A stretch of 64,000 bases of DNA from an uncultured virus (IMG/VR IMGVR_UViG_3300025057_000006) (lineage: Duplodnaviria; Heunggongvirae; Uroviricota; Caudoviricetes), in IMG/VR virus record IMGVR_UViG_3300025057_000006. One strand, given 5' to 3'. A model generated the notes under the pieces. It was not told where the DNA came from. It worked only from the letters and a program-made list of their open reading frames with translations, and did not search any database. Position 1 is the first letter of the stretch, and each line of letters begins with the position of its first letter. The position numbers and the translations under genes are program-made. Positions 6,311 to 16,540 of this stretch are shown here, piece by piece.

Positions 6311-9300
6311 ATGGCCCTTTCCCCCTTGGATTTTGCTGCATATAGTCGTGCAACTGGGACTCCATACCCAGAAGATCCGGAAGAAAGGGCACAATTAGCC
6401 CCGGAAGTGGCGGAATTTCGGCGTAATCAGGTCCGTCAACCGCAAGAAAGCTCCAATTTACTGGAAACTTTGGGTATTGCAGCCTTGGGGCTAGGCACAC
6501 TTGTTGGTGCTGGCCTGGCTGGTAATCGTATGTTGCGTGGTGGCGGCGTAAAAACCACTTCTGCTGCCCCTGGGACGCAAGTAACAAAGATTCCAACCGG
6601 TGCTGTAGAGCAAATCCGGCGAGAAGGGGTGCCAGCTCCTGTTGCACCTTCAAAAGTTGCAGCAATTCCCCAGGCAACTGTTGATTTACCTTCTCCTTTA
6701 CCCAAGCAAGAGCGGATGGTACGTCGTCACGGGCGAATGGTACCTGCTTCCTCTGTTCAACGCACGGCAGCTGCAATTCCAGAGGCAACTGTTGATGTTG
6801 CCGACAAATTAATTGAGAAATATCGAGCTGATTACGAACGTGCTGCCCCATTTGAGTATGGTGCTGAACTTTCGCGTCAATCACGGATTGCCAAAGGTAA
6901 TGAAGCCTTAATTGATGATGTGCTTGAGCAAATTCGCTCAGAGCCATCTGCTCCTGCCCGTGAATTTAATGTCGATCAATTCCTAAAAGAGAACGAAGGT
7001 TTATATCGTCGTCTAGTTTCTGCAGAAGACGTAAAAGAAAAACGTGTCCTTGGGGCAGAGTTTTTTGAACAATTGCGTTCTGGCCAGTTTCCTGAAAGGG
7101 AAGCTCCATCGACGGCGCTCCCAACACGCGCCAATCAACCTGGTGCATTTACTGACCTTACTTCCATTCAGGACCAGCTTTTAAATCAAGCTCGCAATCA
7201 ACAAGTCAATGCTGTTGAAGCAGGGGAAGATCAAGTTACTCAACGCGCACGTCGTAAAACAACTTCGTTGTTTCGGTCGCAAACAGCGGAGACTTCTCCT
7301 GCACTGCAAAAACTATATGATGCTGGTCTTGATGATTTTGAAATCAACGCGCGTATTAATGCGTTTGCTCAATACAACAAACCAGAATTCCTGGATCCCA
7401 ACTATAACTCTGCAACTGTTGGCCCCGAAAACTTTGCACGCACACTCGATGTTAATGCAGCGGAATTTGATCGCTCTGGTAGGTTAATTGGTGGTGAGTA
7501 TGCCAGTGGATCACAAACAGTAGAAGTAGTGGCTGGTTCACCATTAAAAAGAAGTGCTGGTCCTGCTTTGCCAAGCAAATATGTCACTCTTCCCGAAGGA
7601 GAAATTAAACGTTCCGCATTTGCTTCTCAGCAACCAAGGCCGGTTCGTACCCGCAGTCAAAATGACGAAGAAACTTGGGAACCTATCAGTGAAGCACTGA
7701 CTGGTCTAACGGGTGGCGTTAGTACAGCTGCTGTGCCATTGATGCAGTCTGAACAATACCAAGAAGCAATCAACAATTTCCGTGGTTACTGGGACGACCA
7801 AGTTCGTGCTCATCTTGCAGGCGAACAATCCAGCATCACGCGTCCAGCACGCCGTAATCGTTTGGTTGACAGTTATGACCTAGACATGCCGGTGCGTCTG
7901 CGTAACGTGGAAACACGAAACGAAGCTGGCGACCTGGTGAAAACAACTGAAACCGTCTTGTACCGCGATGTATTACCTCAGGAAACAGTGGAGGCAATTG
8001 AACGTGGTGAGCAGATGAACCTTGACGTACCATTCTTGGTCGATAAAAACAGGGCCATTGCTGTTGCAGAAGCCAATCCAACTGTTCAGAATCGTTTGAA
8101 CGCGGAGCAATACAAAGCGACAGGCCGTGCCCTAGTACGTGCACACCAAAAGATTGTTGGTCCCTATGCCGATGATCAGTTCATGGCGGATCTACGGGAA
8201 ACGGCTTATTTCCAGCGTGCAGTCAATCCTGAAGGGCAACTTGATGTGACCCCTGGTTTTGGTCGTGGCTCACAAAAAGGCCGTTTAGTTGGTGGCGTTG
8301 CAGAAGAACTTGTACAGGAACCTGTGTATAACCTTTACTATGCACCACACACGACCAAGGCAGGAAACAAAATCCTTGTTAATAAAACACAGGTGCTTGA
8401 CGAAAACGGCAATGTTGGTGAACTTGGGATTACCGACTTAACCCAACTCAATCAAATTGGTATTGCAAAAGATGCAACAGGTGCAGAACTTGTTGTTTCT
8501 CCTGGCCAACAACTTGAGTACATCACAACCCAACCAATGTCTGTTAAACGTCCCTTAAAACAAGGTGCGCCGCCTGTCGGCCAGATTACCCGAGAAGGTA
8601 AATACGGACAATTCACCAGCGATGTGTATGAAGCAGCTGAAACAATTGTTCAGGCGCCTCTTCAAGTATTAGATGCCAAAACAGGCAAAACTATCAGTGG
8701 TACTGGCCAAATCAAACGTGGTGAACTTGCTGGCTTCCTGAATGGTTTGCGTACTGCCACTGGCATTAAAGATTACGCAGAACTTGGCTCGCTTGCCAAT
8801 CGCATGCTGGCTGAACAAAAGGGAGTAACACTGCCTGTGCTCGATTCGCCAACTGCTTTTGATTTTATCGAAGGTGTGATCGGTCGCCCTGGCAGCCGCT
8901 CATCGCGCAAGTCTTTCGTGACTGTTAACCAAAAAACTGGCGATGTGTATCCGCTCTCCAGAGAAGAAGCACAACAACTTGGATTTTCAGGTGGTTCAGT
9001 TGTTGATCCTTCTCTCTCACGTAAGTATGTTGGCCCACCATCCTTAGATATCCGCCAGTCTCCTAAGAGTATGGAATCGTGGTCTCGCATGGGAGAAGGT
9101 GAGGCTGACTGGGAACAGTACAAAGACTTTGGCGAGGAAGCTCTAGGTGTTGCAAACGTTGGTGTTTTGGCGCCGCGTCGCCCAGGAGAATTACAGCAAC
9201 GCCTATCACCAGCAACAACAGGACCTGGCGCTGAACTGCAAGCATTAAGGGAACAAATTGCTAAAATTGAACCTAAAGAAACACGTATTTCTTCTGAACC

Positions 9301-9382
9301 TCTTCCGTCTAACCTGGAAGTAGTCACCCAACAACTCCTGGCCCAAGCAGGTCGTCGCGCTGGTAAACGTCGGAATCGCTAA
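6311..9382 (+). CDS. Large hypothetical (probable internal virion) protein, 1023 aa
   Basis: Long ORF; N-terminal Gly/Leu hydrophobic helix; heads the virion block. Confidence 0.85.
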   Translation: MALSPLDFAAYSRATGTPYPEDPEERAQLAPEVAEFRRNQVRQPQESSNLLETLGIAALGLGTLVGAGLAGNRMLRGGGVKTTSAAPGTQVTKIPTGAVEQIRREGVPAPVAPSKVAAIPQATVDLPSPLPKQERMVRRHGRMVPASSVQRTAAAIPEATVDVADKLIEKYRADYERAAPFEYGAELSRQSRIAKGNEALIDDVLEQIRSEPSAPAREFNVDQFLKENEGLYRRLVSAEDVKEKRVLGAEFFEQLRSGQFPEREAPSTALPTRANQPGAFTDLTSIQDQLLNQARNQQVNAVEAGEDQVTQRARRKTTSLFRSQTAETSPALQKLYDAGLDDFEINARINAFAQYNKPEFLDPNYNSATVGPENFARTLDVNAAEFDRSGRLIGGEYASGSQTVEVVAGSPLKRSAGPALPSKYVTLPEGEIKRSAFASQQPRPVRTRSQNDEETWEPISEALTGLTGGVSTAAVPLMQSEQYQEAINNFRGYWDDQVRAHLAGEQSSITRPARRNRLVDSYDLDMPVRLRNVETRNEAGDLVKTTETVLYRDVLPQETVEAIERGEQMNLDVPFLVDKNRAIAVAEANPTVQNRLNAEQYKATGRALVRAHQKIVGPYADDQFMADLRETAYFQRAVNPEGQLDVTPGFGRGSQKGRLVGGVAEELVQEPVYNLYYAPHTTKAGNKILVNKTQVLDENGNVGELGITDLTQLNQIGIAKDATGAELVVSPGQQLEYITTQPMSVKRPLKQGAPPVGQITREGKYGQFTSDVYEAAETIVQAPLQVLDAKTGKTISGTGQIKRGELAGFLNGLRTATGIKDYAELGSLANRMLAEQKGVTLPVLDSPTAFDFIEGVIGRPGSRSSRKSFVTVNQKTGDVYPLSREEAQQLGFSGGSVVDPSLSRKYVGPPSLDIRQSPKSMESWSRMGEGEADWEQYKDFGEEALGVANVGVLAPRRPGELQQRLSPATTGPGAELQALREQIAKIEPKETRISSEPLPSNLEVVTQQLLAQAGRRAGKRRNR

Positions 9383-9384
9383 TC

Positions 9385-9603
9385 ATGGCTGAAAAGAAAA
9401 AGAAAGATAAAAAGTGGATTCAAGGCATGAAGATGAAGGAAGGTGCCTTTACTGCTAAAGCCAAACGACGGGGAATTACTTCTGCCCAACTACAAGAAAA
9501 TGTTTTGTCTAATCCTGATCAATATGACGAAAAAACAGTCAAACAAGCACGGCTTCGTCAGACATTGGTAGGATTGCACAAGAAGAAAAAAGCTAAGGAT
9601 TAA
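9385..9603 (+). CDS. Small basic phage protein
   Basis: Lys-rich; KKWIQ...GAF...ARLxQTL pattern seen in phage small basic proteins. Confidence 0.75.
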   Translation: MAEKKKKDKKWIQGMKMKEGAFTAKAKRRGITSAQLQENVLSNPDQYDEKTVKQARLRQTLVGLHKKKKAKD

Positions 9604-10196
9604 TGGCTAAAGACTCACGCCTGGATCTAGGTCGTTACATTGATTACACAAAAGATCCTTTTGTAAAAAAGAAACAACTTAATTTTGACGAACTTTTTCA
9701 GTCTCCTTCAACCGCGGGTCAATATCCTTGGAATCCCTCAAGATTTACTCAGTCTGACTTATTACGCAAAATGATGACGCGCAAACTTGCGCTGAATCCT
9801 CGTCTTAACTTTATTGGTAAAACTGCAGATCAATATGAAGTATTTGCTGGAATGCCAAATTTTGATCGCAATACAGAATATGACTTTATTAATGGAAGAG
9901 CATTGACAACACAAAGACCAGAAATCCAACCGGGCTACAATCCTCTTTGGTCTGAAACTTACAACTTAAGTCCTACTATTCCAGCAGACAAGAAAATTCA
10001 AAATCCAATGCCTAGGGCCAGCAATCCAGATCCCCGTGGATTCCTTATGGCGTCTGCAACAAATCAAGTTGAGTCAGAGCAACAAGGTAAGGTTTCAGTG
10101 TCTCAGTTAATTTCTAAAAACAAAGGAAGTCTTGGCGCATCTCCAGATGTACCAGTACAAGACAACCAACAAAATAAAAAGGCAGCGAAAAAATAA
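9603..10196 (+). CDS. Hypothetical protein
   Basis: ORF track 197 aa; coupled start. Confidence 0.8.
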   Translation: MAKDSRLDLGRYIDYTKDPFVKKKQLNFDELFQSPSTAGQYPWNPSRFTQSDLLRKMMTRKLALNPRLNFIGKTADQYEVFAGMPNFDRNTEYDFINGRALTTQRPEIQPGYNPLWSETYNLSPTIPADKKIQNPMPRASNPDPRGFLMASATNQVESEQQGKVSVSQLISKNKGSLGASPDVPVQDNQQNKKAAKK

Positions 10197-10235
10197 TAAC
10201 TTCTTGTACAATAAACTTAAGTCAAAAGCAATAAA

Positions 10236-10793
10236 GTGAAGTTAGCCGGTTTAGGTAGATTTCTTTCTTCAAATAAAGATCTTGCCGCCAATGTCGGAAC
10301 CGGTAGTGTGTTGGCCGGTGGCTTTGGAACTTTGGTCGGTGGACCTGGCGTAGGCATTGGATCCGCGTTAATTGATTTCGGTGTCACTTATCCATTGACC
10401 GCATTGGCAAGAAAAATAAGGCCGCCAAAACAATCAACAACAAAATTCACACGCACACCTGGAGGTCAATATCAGCCAGCACTTGAGTATTCTCGTTTTG
10501 AAACTGCTTCAAACTTAGGTGGATCTCTTTTGTCAGCGGGTTTATCTGCTGGCTTGATGCCTGGTATGGCAGTTGAGCCAACTGTAAGTTCACAAGATCA
10601 AACTTTATACCACCAAATGTTGCAACGCCAGGTAATTAATGAAATGCAGCTACCACAGGCGGTTTCACCTGGCACCCAATTTCAAATGTCTGGTATTGAA
10701 TTTTTAAACAATTACATTAATCCTTCTGCTGAATTGCCAATTCCAGCAAGAGTACAAGAGGTTTTAAATCAAACCGGCATGAGGTTAATCTGA
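10236..10793 (+). CDS. Gly-rich hydrophobic hypothetical (virion/ejection-type) protein
   Basis: ORF track 185 aa; TACAAT 23 nt upstream. Confidence 0.8.
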   Translation: MKLAGLGRFLSSNKDLAANVGTGSVLAGGFGTLVGGPGVGIGSALIDFGVTYPLTALARKIRPPKQSTTKFTRTPGGQYQPALEYSRFETASNLGGSLLSAGLSAGLMPGMAVEPTVSSQDQTLYHQMLQRQVINEMQLPQAVSPGTQFQMSGIEFLNNYINPSAELPIPARVQEVLNQTGMRLI

Positions 10794-11677
10794 TGTCTTA
10801 TCGTTCGGGCTTCAAAGCAGGAGAAGAACTCCAGAAAAAAAGAACAACACAAACTCTTTCTGTTGCTGATCCGGGTTTTAAAAAACAACTTGCAAAAGAA
10901 GGGATTACTTTACGACAAACACCCGTTGAATTTTTGGGTGCATATTCTGCACGTTTATTAACAGATTTAACCAACGACGGTACGCGTACTGTTTGGTGGC
11001 GTGCAAATCATCCCAATGCTCTTGCCGACATGGCTGCAAGTGCGGCGCTTGGTAAAACGACAGCAGAGAAACTAGGTCCTCTTAAAACAGGTCTGGTTAT
11101 GACATCAGCTCTTGCACCAGCAATGGCTGTATCTGGTGCCTATGATTTATTAAATCTTGGAGAAGCGGGTCGACCTAAAGGTTTTGCACAGACATATGCA
11201 GAGAAAGGATCAGAAGATCGTCGCGAAACCGAACAACCAGTCCAAGAAGCATTTGAACGTTTCTTCTTGGGACGCACTGGTCGACCACTTGCTTACGAAG
11301 AAGCTAAAAAAGATATCCCAGATTTAACGCCACAACGTTATGGTAATTTCTTGCGCAGTTACTATCAAGATCGCGGACTACTTGGTGTTTTAAAAGCAAC
11401 ACCAGAAAACTTACAAGGTGTACCAGAAGCAAGACTGCTTGGTTATCCAATAACACTTCCTTCTGCATTAGGTGTTGCTGGTGGTGCAGCTGCATTGGGC
11501 GTTGCTGCACGTACAACTAAGCAACCGAAGACAACACGCCTAGGACTTGCCGGACTTGCTGGGTCTCTTGGTGGAATTATGACTGGCAATATTATTAATC
11601 AAGCAATTTCTTCTTCTAGTCGATCACAACTTCCAACCACCGCTGAGTATGGTGTGTTGGGTACTGATAGAATCTAA
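10793..11677 (+). CDS. Hypothetical (virion/ejection-type) protein
   Basis: ORF track 294 aa; C-terminal Gly/Ala hydrophobic helices. Confidence 0.8.
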   Translation: MSYRSGFKAGEELQKKRTTQTLSVADPGFKKQLAKEGITLRQTPVEFLGAYSARLLTDLTNDGTRTVWWRANHPNALADMAASAALGKTTAEKLGPLKTGLVMTSALAPAMAVSGAYDLLNLGEAGRPKGFAQTYAEKGSEDRRETEQPVQEAFERFFLGRTGRPLAYEEAKKDIPDLTPQRYGNFLRSYYQDRGLLGVLKATPENLQGVPEARLLGYPITLPSALGVAGGAAALGVAARTTKQPKTTRLGLAGLAGSLGGIMTGNIINQAISSSSRSQLPTTAEYGVLGTDRI

Positions 11678-11696
11678 AAATAAAAGCGTTTTAATA

Positions 11697-12548
11697 ATGG
11701 CATATCCAGATCCTTGGTCAACGCCAGTACAACCCTTATCTAGCCCTTTGTACGCCGGTTCATCTTCGGGAGCCAATGCTTTTGCCGACGCCAATATGCG
11801 TCAACAGCTTGAAAAACTTATCCAAGAAGGTAAAGTTAAAATCGGAAAAGCTGGCGAAGTGCTTCTGTCAGGTGCAGAAGCTGCAGGCGCAGCTATTGGT
11901 AAAGTACCCAAGCGTGCTGTTGTTGGTGGCGGTGCTGTACTTGCAGGCGTCCCTGCGTTGCTTCAAGGAGACATTGCAGGCGCTGCTGGTACAACCGTTG
12001 GCGGCCTGATTGGTGGTGGTATTGGTGCTGCCATTGGCGGACCAGCCGCACCATTTACCGCAGCTGCTGGCACCGCAATTGGTTCAATGATCGGTGGCGG
12101 AATCGTTGGAGGCACCAAGGCTGCTCTGGAGAAAAACCCCCAAGCCGTAAGCATTCCAACGCCCTTTGGTGATTTACCTCTGAACGCTTCTGCTCAACAG
12201 CTGAAGTATTTTCAGCAACTTGGCGAACTTGGCGAGACACAACAACGCAATGCTCTTCAAACACGCATCGGCGGCACAATTGATCTGCTGCAGAAAATTA
12301 ACGCAGAAGATTTAAAGCAACGCCAAGCAATGTACCCCATGGTCCAGAAAGAACAAAACGATGATTTAGCTCGTGCTCAAGCTTTAATCAATACACAAAA
12401 CAATGCTTACATGCAACAGATGGTCTTAGGTGGTGGCATTAACCTTACACTCGATGCCCAGCGTGAGCGCGGTGCATTTATGCGTCAAGCAATTGCAACC
12501 AACCCATATGTAACCGCACTTGCTGCCCCTAACGTTTCGGTTGGATAA
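11697..12548 (+). CDS. Glycine-zipper-rich hypothetical protein
   Basis: GxxxG repeats; start moved to ATG 11697, 23 nt after TAGAAT. Confidence 0.8.
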   Translation: MAYPDPWSTPVQPLSSPLYAGSSSGANAFADANMRQQLEKLIQEGKVKIGKAGEVLLSGAEAAGAAIGKVPKRAVVGGGAVLAGVPALLQGDIAGAAGTTVGGLIGGGIGAAIGGPAAPFTAAAGTAIGSMIGGGIVGGTKAALEKNPQAVSIPTPFGDLPLNASAQQLKYFQQLGELGETQQRNALQTRIGGTIDLLQKINAEDLKQRQAMYPMVQKEQNDDLARAQALINTQNNAYMQQMVLGGGINLTLDAQRERGAFMRQAIATNPYVTALAAPNVSVG

Positions 12549-12550
12549 TC

Positions 12551-13000
12551 ATGGCACCTTACACGTTCACCACTTCTGGTTTTCAATTGGCGGGTAGCCT
12601 TCCCTCATTGGCTTCACCAGCCCCATTCCAGGCACAGCTTGCTGGCACACCCAGTCCAATGACCCCTGGTTATACAGGAACATTTGATTACACAACAATT
12701 TCTGGAATCGACCCTTCCATGGCAGGTTTATTCCGCTATATGGAGTCTCGCGATGAGCGTGAACGGACGCGTCAATTAGAAGATTGGGAACGCGTACGCC
12801 AACAACGACGGGAAGAAGGGAAAGAGGCAGCTAAAATCAAAATGTTAACTGCATTGCCCGGTCAAATTCTTAAAGGGTTTGAATCGATTGCCCGCTTGTC
12901 TTATCCTGCAGCAGCGATTGAAATTGCTAGCCGCACACCAGGATTGTTAGCCGGTGTATATGCAAATAATCCATACGCCAATCGTAAATGGATTTCGTAA
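12551..13000 (+). CDS. Hypothetical protein
   Basis: ORF track 149 aa. Confidence 0.75.
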   Translation: MAPYTFTTSGFQLAGSLPSLASPAPFQAQLAGTPSPMTPGYTGTFDYTTISGIDPSMAGLFRYMESRDERERTRQLEDWERVRQQRREEGKEAAKIKMLTALPGQILKGFESIARLSYPAAAIEIASRTPGLLAGVYANNPYANRKWIS

Positions 13001-13017
13001 TCTAAGGAGTTATAATA

Positions 13018-13488
13018 ATGTCATCTAGTTTTGGAACACCCTTAAGTTCCATTCCTAATACCAGTTACAAAAATCTTAGTAGTCCAGTTTCTTATACAGG
13101 CAGTACAGGTATGGATCCCTTAATCGGTGCAAGTTTAATTAGTGCAGGCGGTAGCGCAATTGCCGGAGGTGCTAGTGCATCAGGCTCTAAAAAAGCAGCC
13201 GATAAAGCGAAATCTGCTGCAGAGGCACAAGCAGAAGCCATCGAAAAAGCTTCCCGTGAAGCACCGCTGATTGGTTTTGGGATGGAAGCAGCAGGCAAAC
13301 AATATGATGCATACAAGGGTGGCCCCATGGATCGCCTAAAAGCTTTTGAAGATGCAAAACTTGAAGGCGCTTTAGCATTTAGCCCAAATGCTTTAGCAAG
13401 ACAACGTTTACAGTTATCGAGAGAACTTGCTGGAATCCGTCAACAAGCATATGGTAAAGAGATGGATCCATTCAGCAGGTTTATTTAA
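13018..13488 (+). CDS. Ala/Gly/Ser-rich ejection/pilot-type protein
   Basis: AAGGAG SD; MDPLIGASLISAGGSAIAGG...KKAA pattern resembles DNA ejection/pilot proteins. Confidence 0.7.
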   Translation: MSSSFGTPLSSIPNTSYKNLSSPVSYTGSTGMDPLIGASLISAGGSAIAGGASASGSKKAADKAKSAAEAQAEAIEKASREAPLIGFGMEAAGKQYDAYKGGPMDRLKAFEDAKLEGALAFSPNALARQRLQLSRELAGIRQQAYGKEMDPFSRFI

Positions 13489-13518
13489 AGTAAAATATAA
13501 TCAACATGAGGGCCACCA

Positions 13519-14175
13519 ATGTCAGATGTTAAATGGGGATCATGGTCCCCTTATGGAAGAAAAGAAACGGTAACTTTAGATTCTGTATCTAAAAAGCTTG
13601 ACGAACTCACTCAGTATTTTTCCGGTGAGGACATCAAAAATAAGGTTCCCAAAGACCCCGTTGACATTGGTCGTTATTATGTAGGTCAAGGCAAGGAAGC
13701 GGAGACAGCGACAAAAAAAGCTCTTCCAGATTTTTTTGAGTCTTATATAGCACGTATCGCTAGTGGCAATCTGACTCCAGAGGAAGCTCGCAGTTCCTTT
13801 TTTGATCTTGTTCGTTCAACTGGTGGTGACATTAAAGAAGGCCTCAAGCAAGCCGATCAATTAGGATCCTTGCCAATGGGCATGCCTTCTACACAAAGTT
13901 ACGATCGATATAAACCAGCAGCTTCATTAGCCTACGAACAATTATTAGGACGCACTATCTCTGATCCTGAGTACCAAAATTTAGTCAGTGCTGCACAAGG
14001 ATTAGGTATCAACAGCGGACAAGCTTTCCAAGATTTCCTTGGTAAAACCATTATGTCAAGTCCAGAGTATAAGAGCAAGGCAGTTGTATTCAATCCCAGC
14101 AAAGTTATGGAAGGTATCCAAGCAGCTAAAACTGGTCCAACCCTACAAGAATACATGACAATGCTAGGTGGGTAA
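13519..14175 (+). CDS. Hypothetical protein
   Basis: ORF track 218 aa. Confidence 0.8.
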   Translation: MSDVKWGSWSPYGRKETVTLDSVSKKLDELTQYFSGEDIKNKVPKDPVDIGRYYVGQGKEAETATKKALPDFFESYIARIASGNLTPEEARSSFFDLVRSTGGDIKEGLKQADQLGSLPMGMPSTQSYDRYKPAASLAYEQLLGRTISDPEYQNLVSAAQGLGINSGQAFQDFLGKTIMSSPEYKSKAVVFNPSKVMEGIQAAKTGPTLQEYMTMLGG

Positions 14176-14236
14176 TTTTAAATGTTTGCCCATCTAAAAC
14201 CCTTTAATTTATAATGTTTTTATTAATGTATTAGTC

Positions 14237-14914
14237 ATGGCAAATTATACCGCTTATGTAAAAAGTTACCCTGATCTAATCGCAGCATATAACGATTGGG
14301 GGAATAAAGGCGGAACCCAGTCAATTGAGCAATTTGGCGCCAAGCATTACGCCCAATGGGGATCCAAGGAGGGACGCAACCTGCCTTCCGCTGGACAGAA
14401 TTATACTCCGGGTGTTTCTATTGGTAAGTATAATATTGCTGCTGGCGCTTACTCGGAAGCAGAGTTCAACGTTTTAAGTGCGGGGATCTTAACGCAATTG
14501 AATGGAGATATTCAAAAAGAACTTGCAGCAATTCAGGGTCAATCAGCTGCTAATGTTGCCAATATTCAAGGTGGCTATAGTGTTAAAACTTCGGAGATTA
14601 CTGCGGCTGCCTCTCGGTATATGGCAGATCGTGATGCAGAAGCACGCAGATATATTGCTGATCAAGATTTGTTGAAAGGAACACGTGTCGCAGAAATCGA
14701 AGGTCAAAATCGCATTGATTTACAAGGCATTATTAATACGGGTTTACAAGAGGTTGAGAATATTCGTGGCACAACTGAGCGAGATGTTGCCACATTGCAG
14801 GGTGAATATGGAATTAAACAAGAGACTGAACGTCAAAAGGGTCAAAAAGACATTGCAAAACTTGGTTCTGAAACAAGTTTCCGTAATGCACTAATTGGTG
14901 CTTTTGCTTTTTAA
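14237..14914 (+). CDS. Hypothetical protein with a YxxxYPDL...HY...GxxEGR module and helical tail
   Basis: N-terminal module shared with 31827..34706. Confidence 0.8.
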   Translation: MANYTAYVKSYPDLIAAYNDWGNKGGTQSIEQFGAKHYAQWGSKEGRNLPSAGQNYTPGVSIGKYNIAAGAYSEAEFNVLSAGILTQLNGDIQKELAAIQGQSAANVANIQGGYSVKTSEITAAASRYMADRDAEARRYIADQDLLKGTRVAEIEGQNRIDLQGIINTGLQEVENIRGTTERDVATLQGEYGIKQETERQKGQKDIAKLGSETSFRNALIGAFAF

Positions 14915-14960
14915 ATCAATTCGAGTTAAAATAATCTAATAAAGCCAGTTTTTCTACCAA

Positions 14961-15215
14961 ATGGCATACGCAGACACCATTGCCGGAATCGACTCAGCCC
15001 TTGCTCGTGGTGAAATTGATGCAGCCACGGCTGCTGAGCTGAAAAAGCAAGCAGCAGAAGGCGAGTTTGGCGCTAAATCTTTTAACATCGGTGAGTTTGA
15101 AGATTTGCTTAGCCGTCTTGAAGGTTCCAAGGTTCGCCAACAACGTCAAAAGAGTGTTGAGGGTCGCCGTGACATCATGAGCCAAGGCCTGGCGTCCATG
15201 ATGAGCAACTTCTGA
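14961..15215 (+). CDS. Hypothetical protein
   Basis: ORF track 84 aa. Confidence 0.75.
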   Translation: MAYADTIAGIDSALARGEIDAATAAELKKQAAEGEFGAKSFNIGEFEDLLSRLEGSKVRQQRQKSVEGRRDIMSQGLASMMSNF

Positions 15216-15225
15216 TCTTTTTGTG

Positions 15226-15390
15226 ATGGCCAACGATTCTGCGCCACAACAAAATGATTCATCTTTAAAAGCTGACTTGAATCTTTACAAGCAGGCTGCA
15301 GATATTGCTTATCAATACGCAAAAGGTAAAGCAACAGCAGAAACAAAAGAAGAAAAGTCTCCCTTCGATGAAACCACAAAAGATTTTTAA
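15226..15390 (+). CDS. Small hypothetical protein (54 aa)
   Basis: Manual translation MANDSAPQQNDSSLKADLNLYKQAADIAYQYAK... Confidence 0.6.
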   Translation: MANDSAPQQNDSSLKADLNLYKQAADIAYQYAKGKATAETKEEKSPFDETTKDF

Positions 15391-15404
15391 ATAAATGAAA
15401 TAAG

Positions 15405-15677
15405 ATGGAAGATGATCTCCTTGGTTTAGAATCTGATCCGTATGGGTTTTTGTTTGATGAAGACAAAGCCCGTAAGGCTGCTGCTGCTGTAAAGATCTTT
15501 CAAGATGTTTCTGTTGGTTCCAGCAAAGAAAAAATGAGGGAATCTGGTGAACAAGAACGTGAAACCATTACCCGAGGCGCAGAAGAGCAGCGCAAGGGGG
15601 CAGAGCAATCGCAGCGCTTCAGTGAAAGCGACGAAGCCCGCGACTACAACCAGGCGCAACGAGCTTATCGATATTGA
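15405..15677 (+). CDS. Hypothetical protein
   Basis: ORF track 90 aa. Confidence 0.7.
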   Translation: MEDDLLGLESDPYGFLFDEDKARKAAAAVKIFQDVSVGSSKEKMRESGEQERETITRGAEEQRKGAEQSQRFSESDEARDYNQAQRAYRY

Positions 15678-16164
15678 GGTTTTTGATACTTGGGTCGACA
15701 ATCTAGACTCTGCTTCTCAAGAATCTTTTACATCTTTTTGTTCAGAAAACTATTCAGTTATTGAATGTTTTCTTTATGCTCGATTTCTTGATTATCGAGG
15801 AAGCATTACTGCGTGTGACCTTTGGATTAATAAACATTATCCAAAGCCTGATCATCGGAAGGTACTGCTCTTTGAGATTGAAGAGATGCGAGAGGACATC
15901 AGAAAACTGCGTAACGATGTGGAAGATGGCATCGTAAAACGTGATGCTGGCGTGGCTCGCATTGCTTCAATGCAAAAAGAATTACGCGGAACAATTCAAC
16001 AAATTGAACAATATACTTCTACAAAAGACCGAAAAGGTTTGTTGATGGCAGGAGCCGATCGCGCCATTCGTGAACTAATGTTTATTTTTAAAGACGATCC
16101 AATTGAATCACCCCTGCATGAAGCATCTATGAGTGTATGGGCACGCATGCAATTAGAAGAATAA
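15547..16164 (+). CDS. Helical hypothetical protein; possible terminase small subunit (start uncertain)
   Basis: Coiled-coil protein shortly upstream of terL; TerS role inferred from position only. Confidence 0.5.
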   Translation: MNKNVKPLPEAQKSSARGQSNRSASVKATKPATTTRRNELIDIEVFDTWVDNLDSASQESFTSFCSENYSVIECFLYARFLDYRGSITACDLWINKHYPKPDHRKVLLFEIEEMREDIRKLRNDVEDGIVKRDAGVARIASMQKELRGTIQQIEQYTSTKDRKGLLMAGADRAIRELMFIFKDDPIESPLHEASMSVWARMQLEE

Positions 16165-16198
16165 ACAAACTAGAATAAAAATTAAATACTGGATTCAA

Positions 16199-16381
16199 AT
16201 GGGAGCCAACGTAGACGCTGGAGATTTTGCTGAAAGATTGCCCTTGATTGTGCGAGAAATTCAGCGTAATCGCATGGGCAGGTCAATACCTGGGCCAAAG
16301 CAAAACGTAGCAGGCACAAAAGAATTTCAGCTTGCAAACCTAAACAAACTTAACGGTAATACCGAAAACAATGGCCAATAA
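16199..16381 (+). CDS. Small hypothetical protein
   Basis: ORF track 60 aa; TAGAAT 22 nt upstream. Confidence 0.65.
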   Translation: MGANVDAGDFAERLPLIVREIQRNRMGRSIPGPKQNVAGTKEFQLANLNKLNGNTENNGQ

Positions 16382-16511
16382 AATGCCGCCAGAAATCCTG
16401 GCACACTTTAAATCTAAAAACTCCGAGGACGACAAAAGTACGGATAAAGATAAGCGTAAAGCCGCACTGGAAAAGGCTCGTCAATACCAAAAAACAAAAA
16501 AACAAAAATAA
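16371..16511 (+). CDS. Small basic protein (46 aa)
   Basis: Manual translation MANKMPPEILAHFKSK...KRKAALEKARQYQKTKKQK. Confidence 0.6.
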   Translation: MANKMPPEILAHFKSKNSEDDKSTDKDKRKAALEKARQYQKTKKQK

Positions 16512-16540
16512 GTTAGTATTTTATTAGCTGCTTATTTCTT

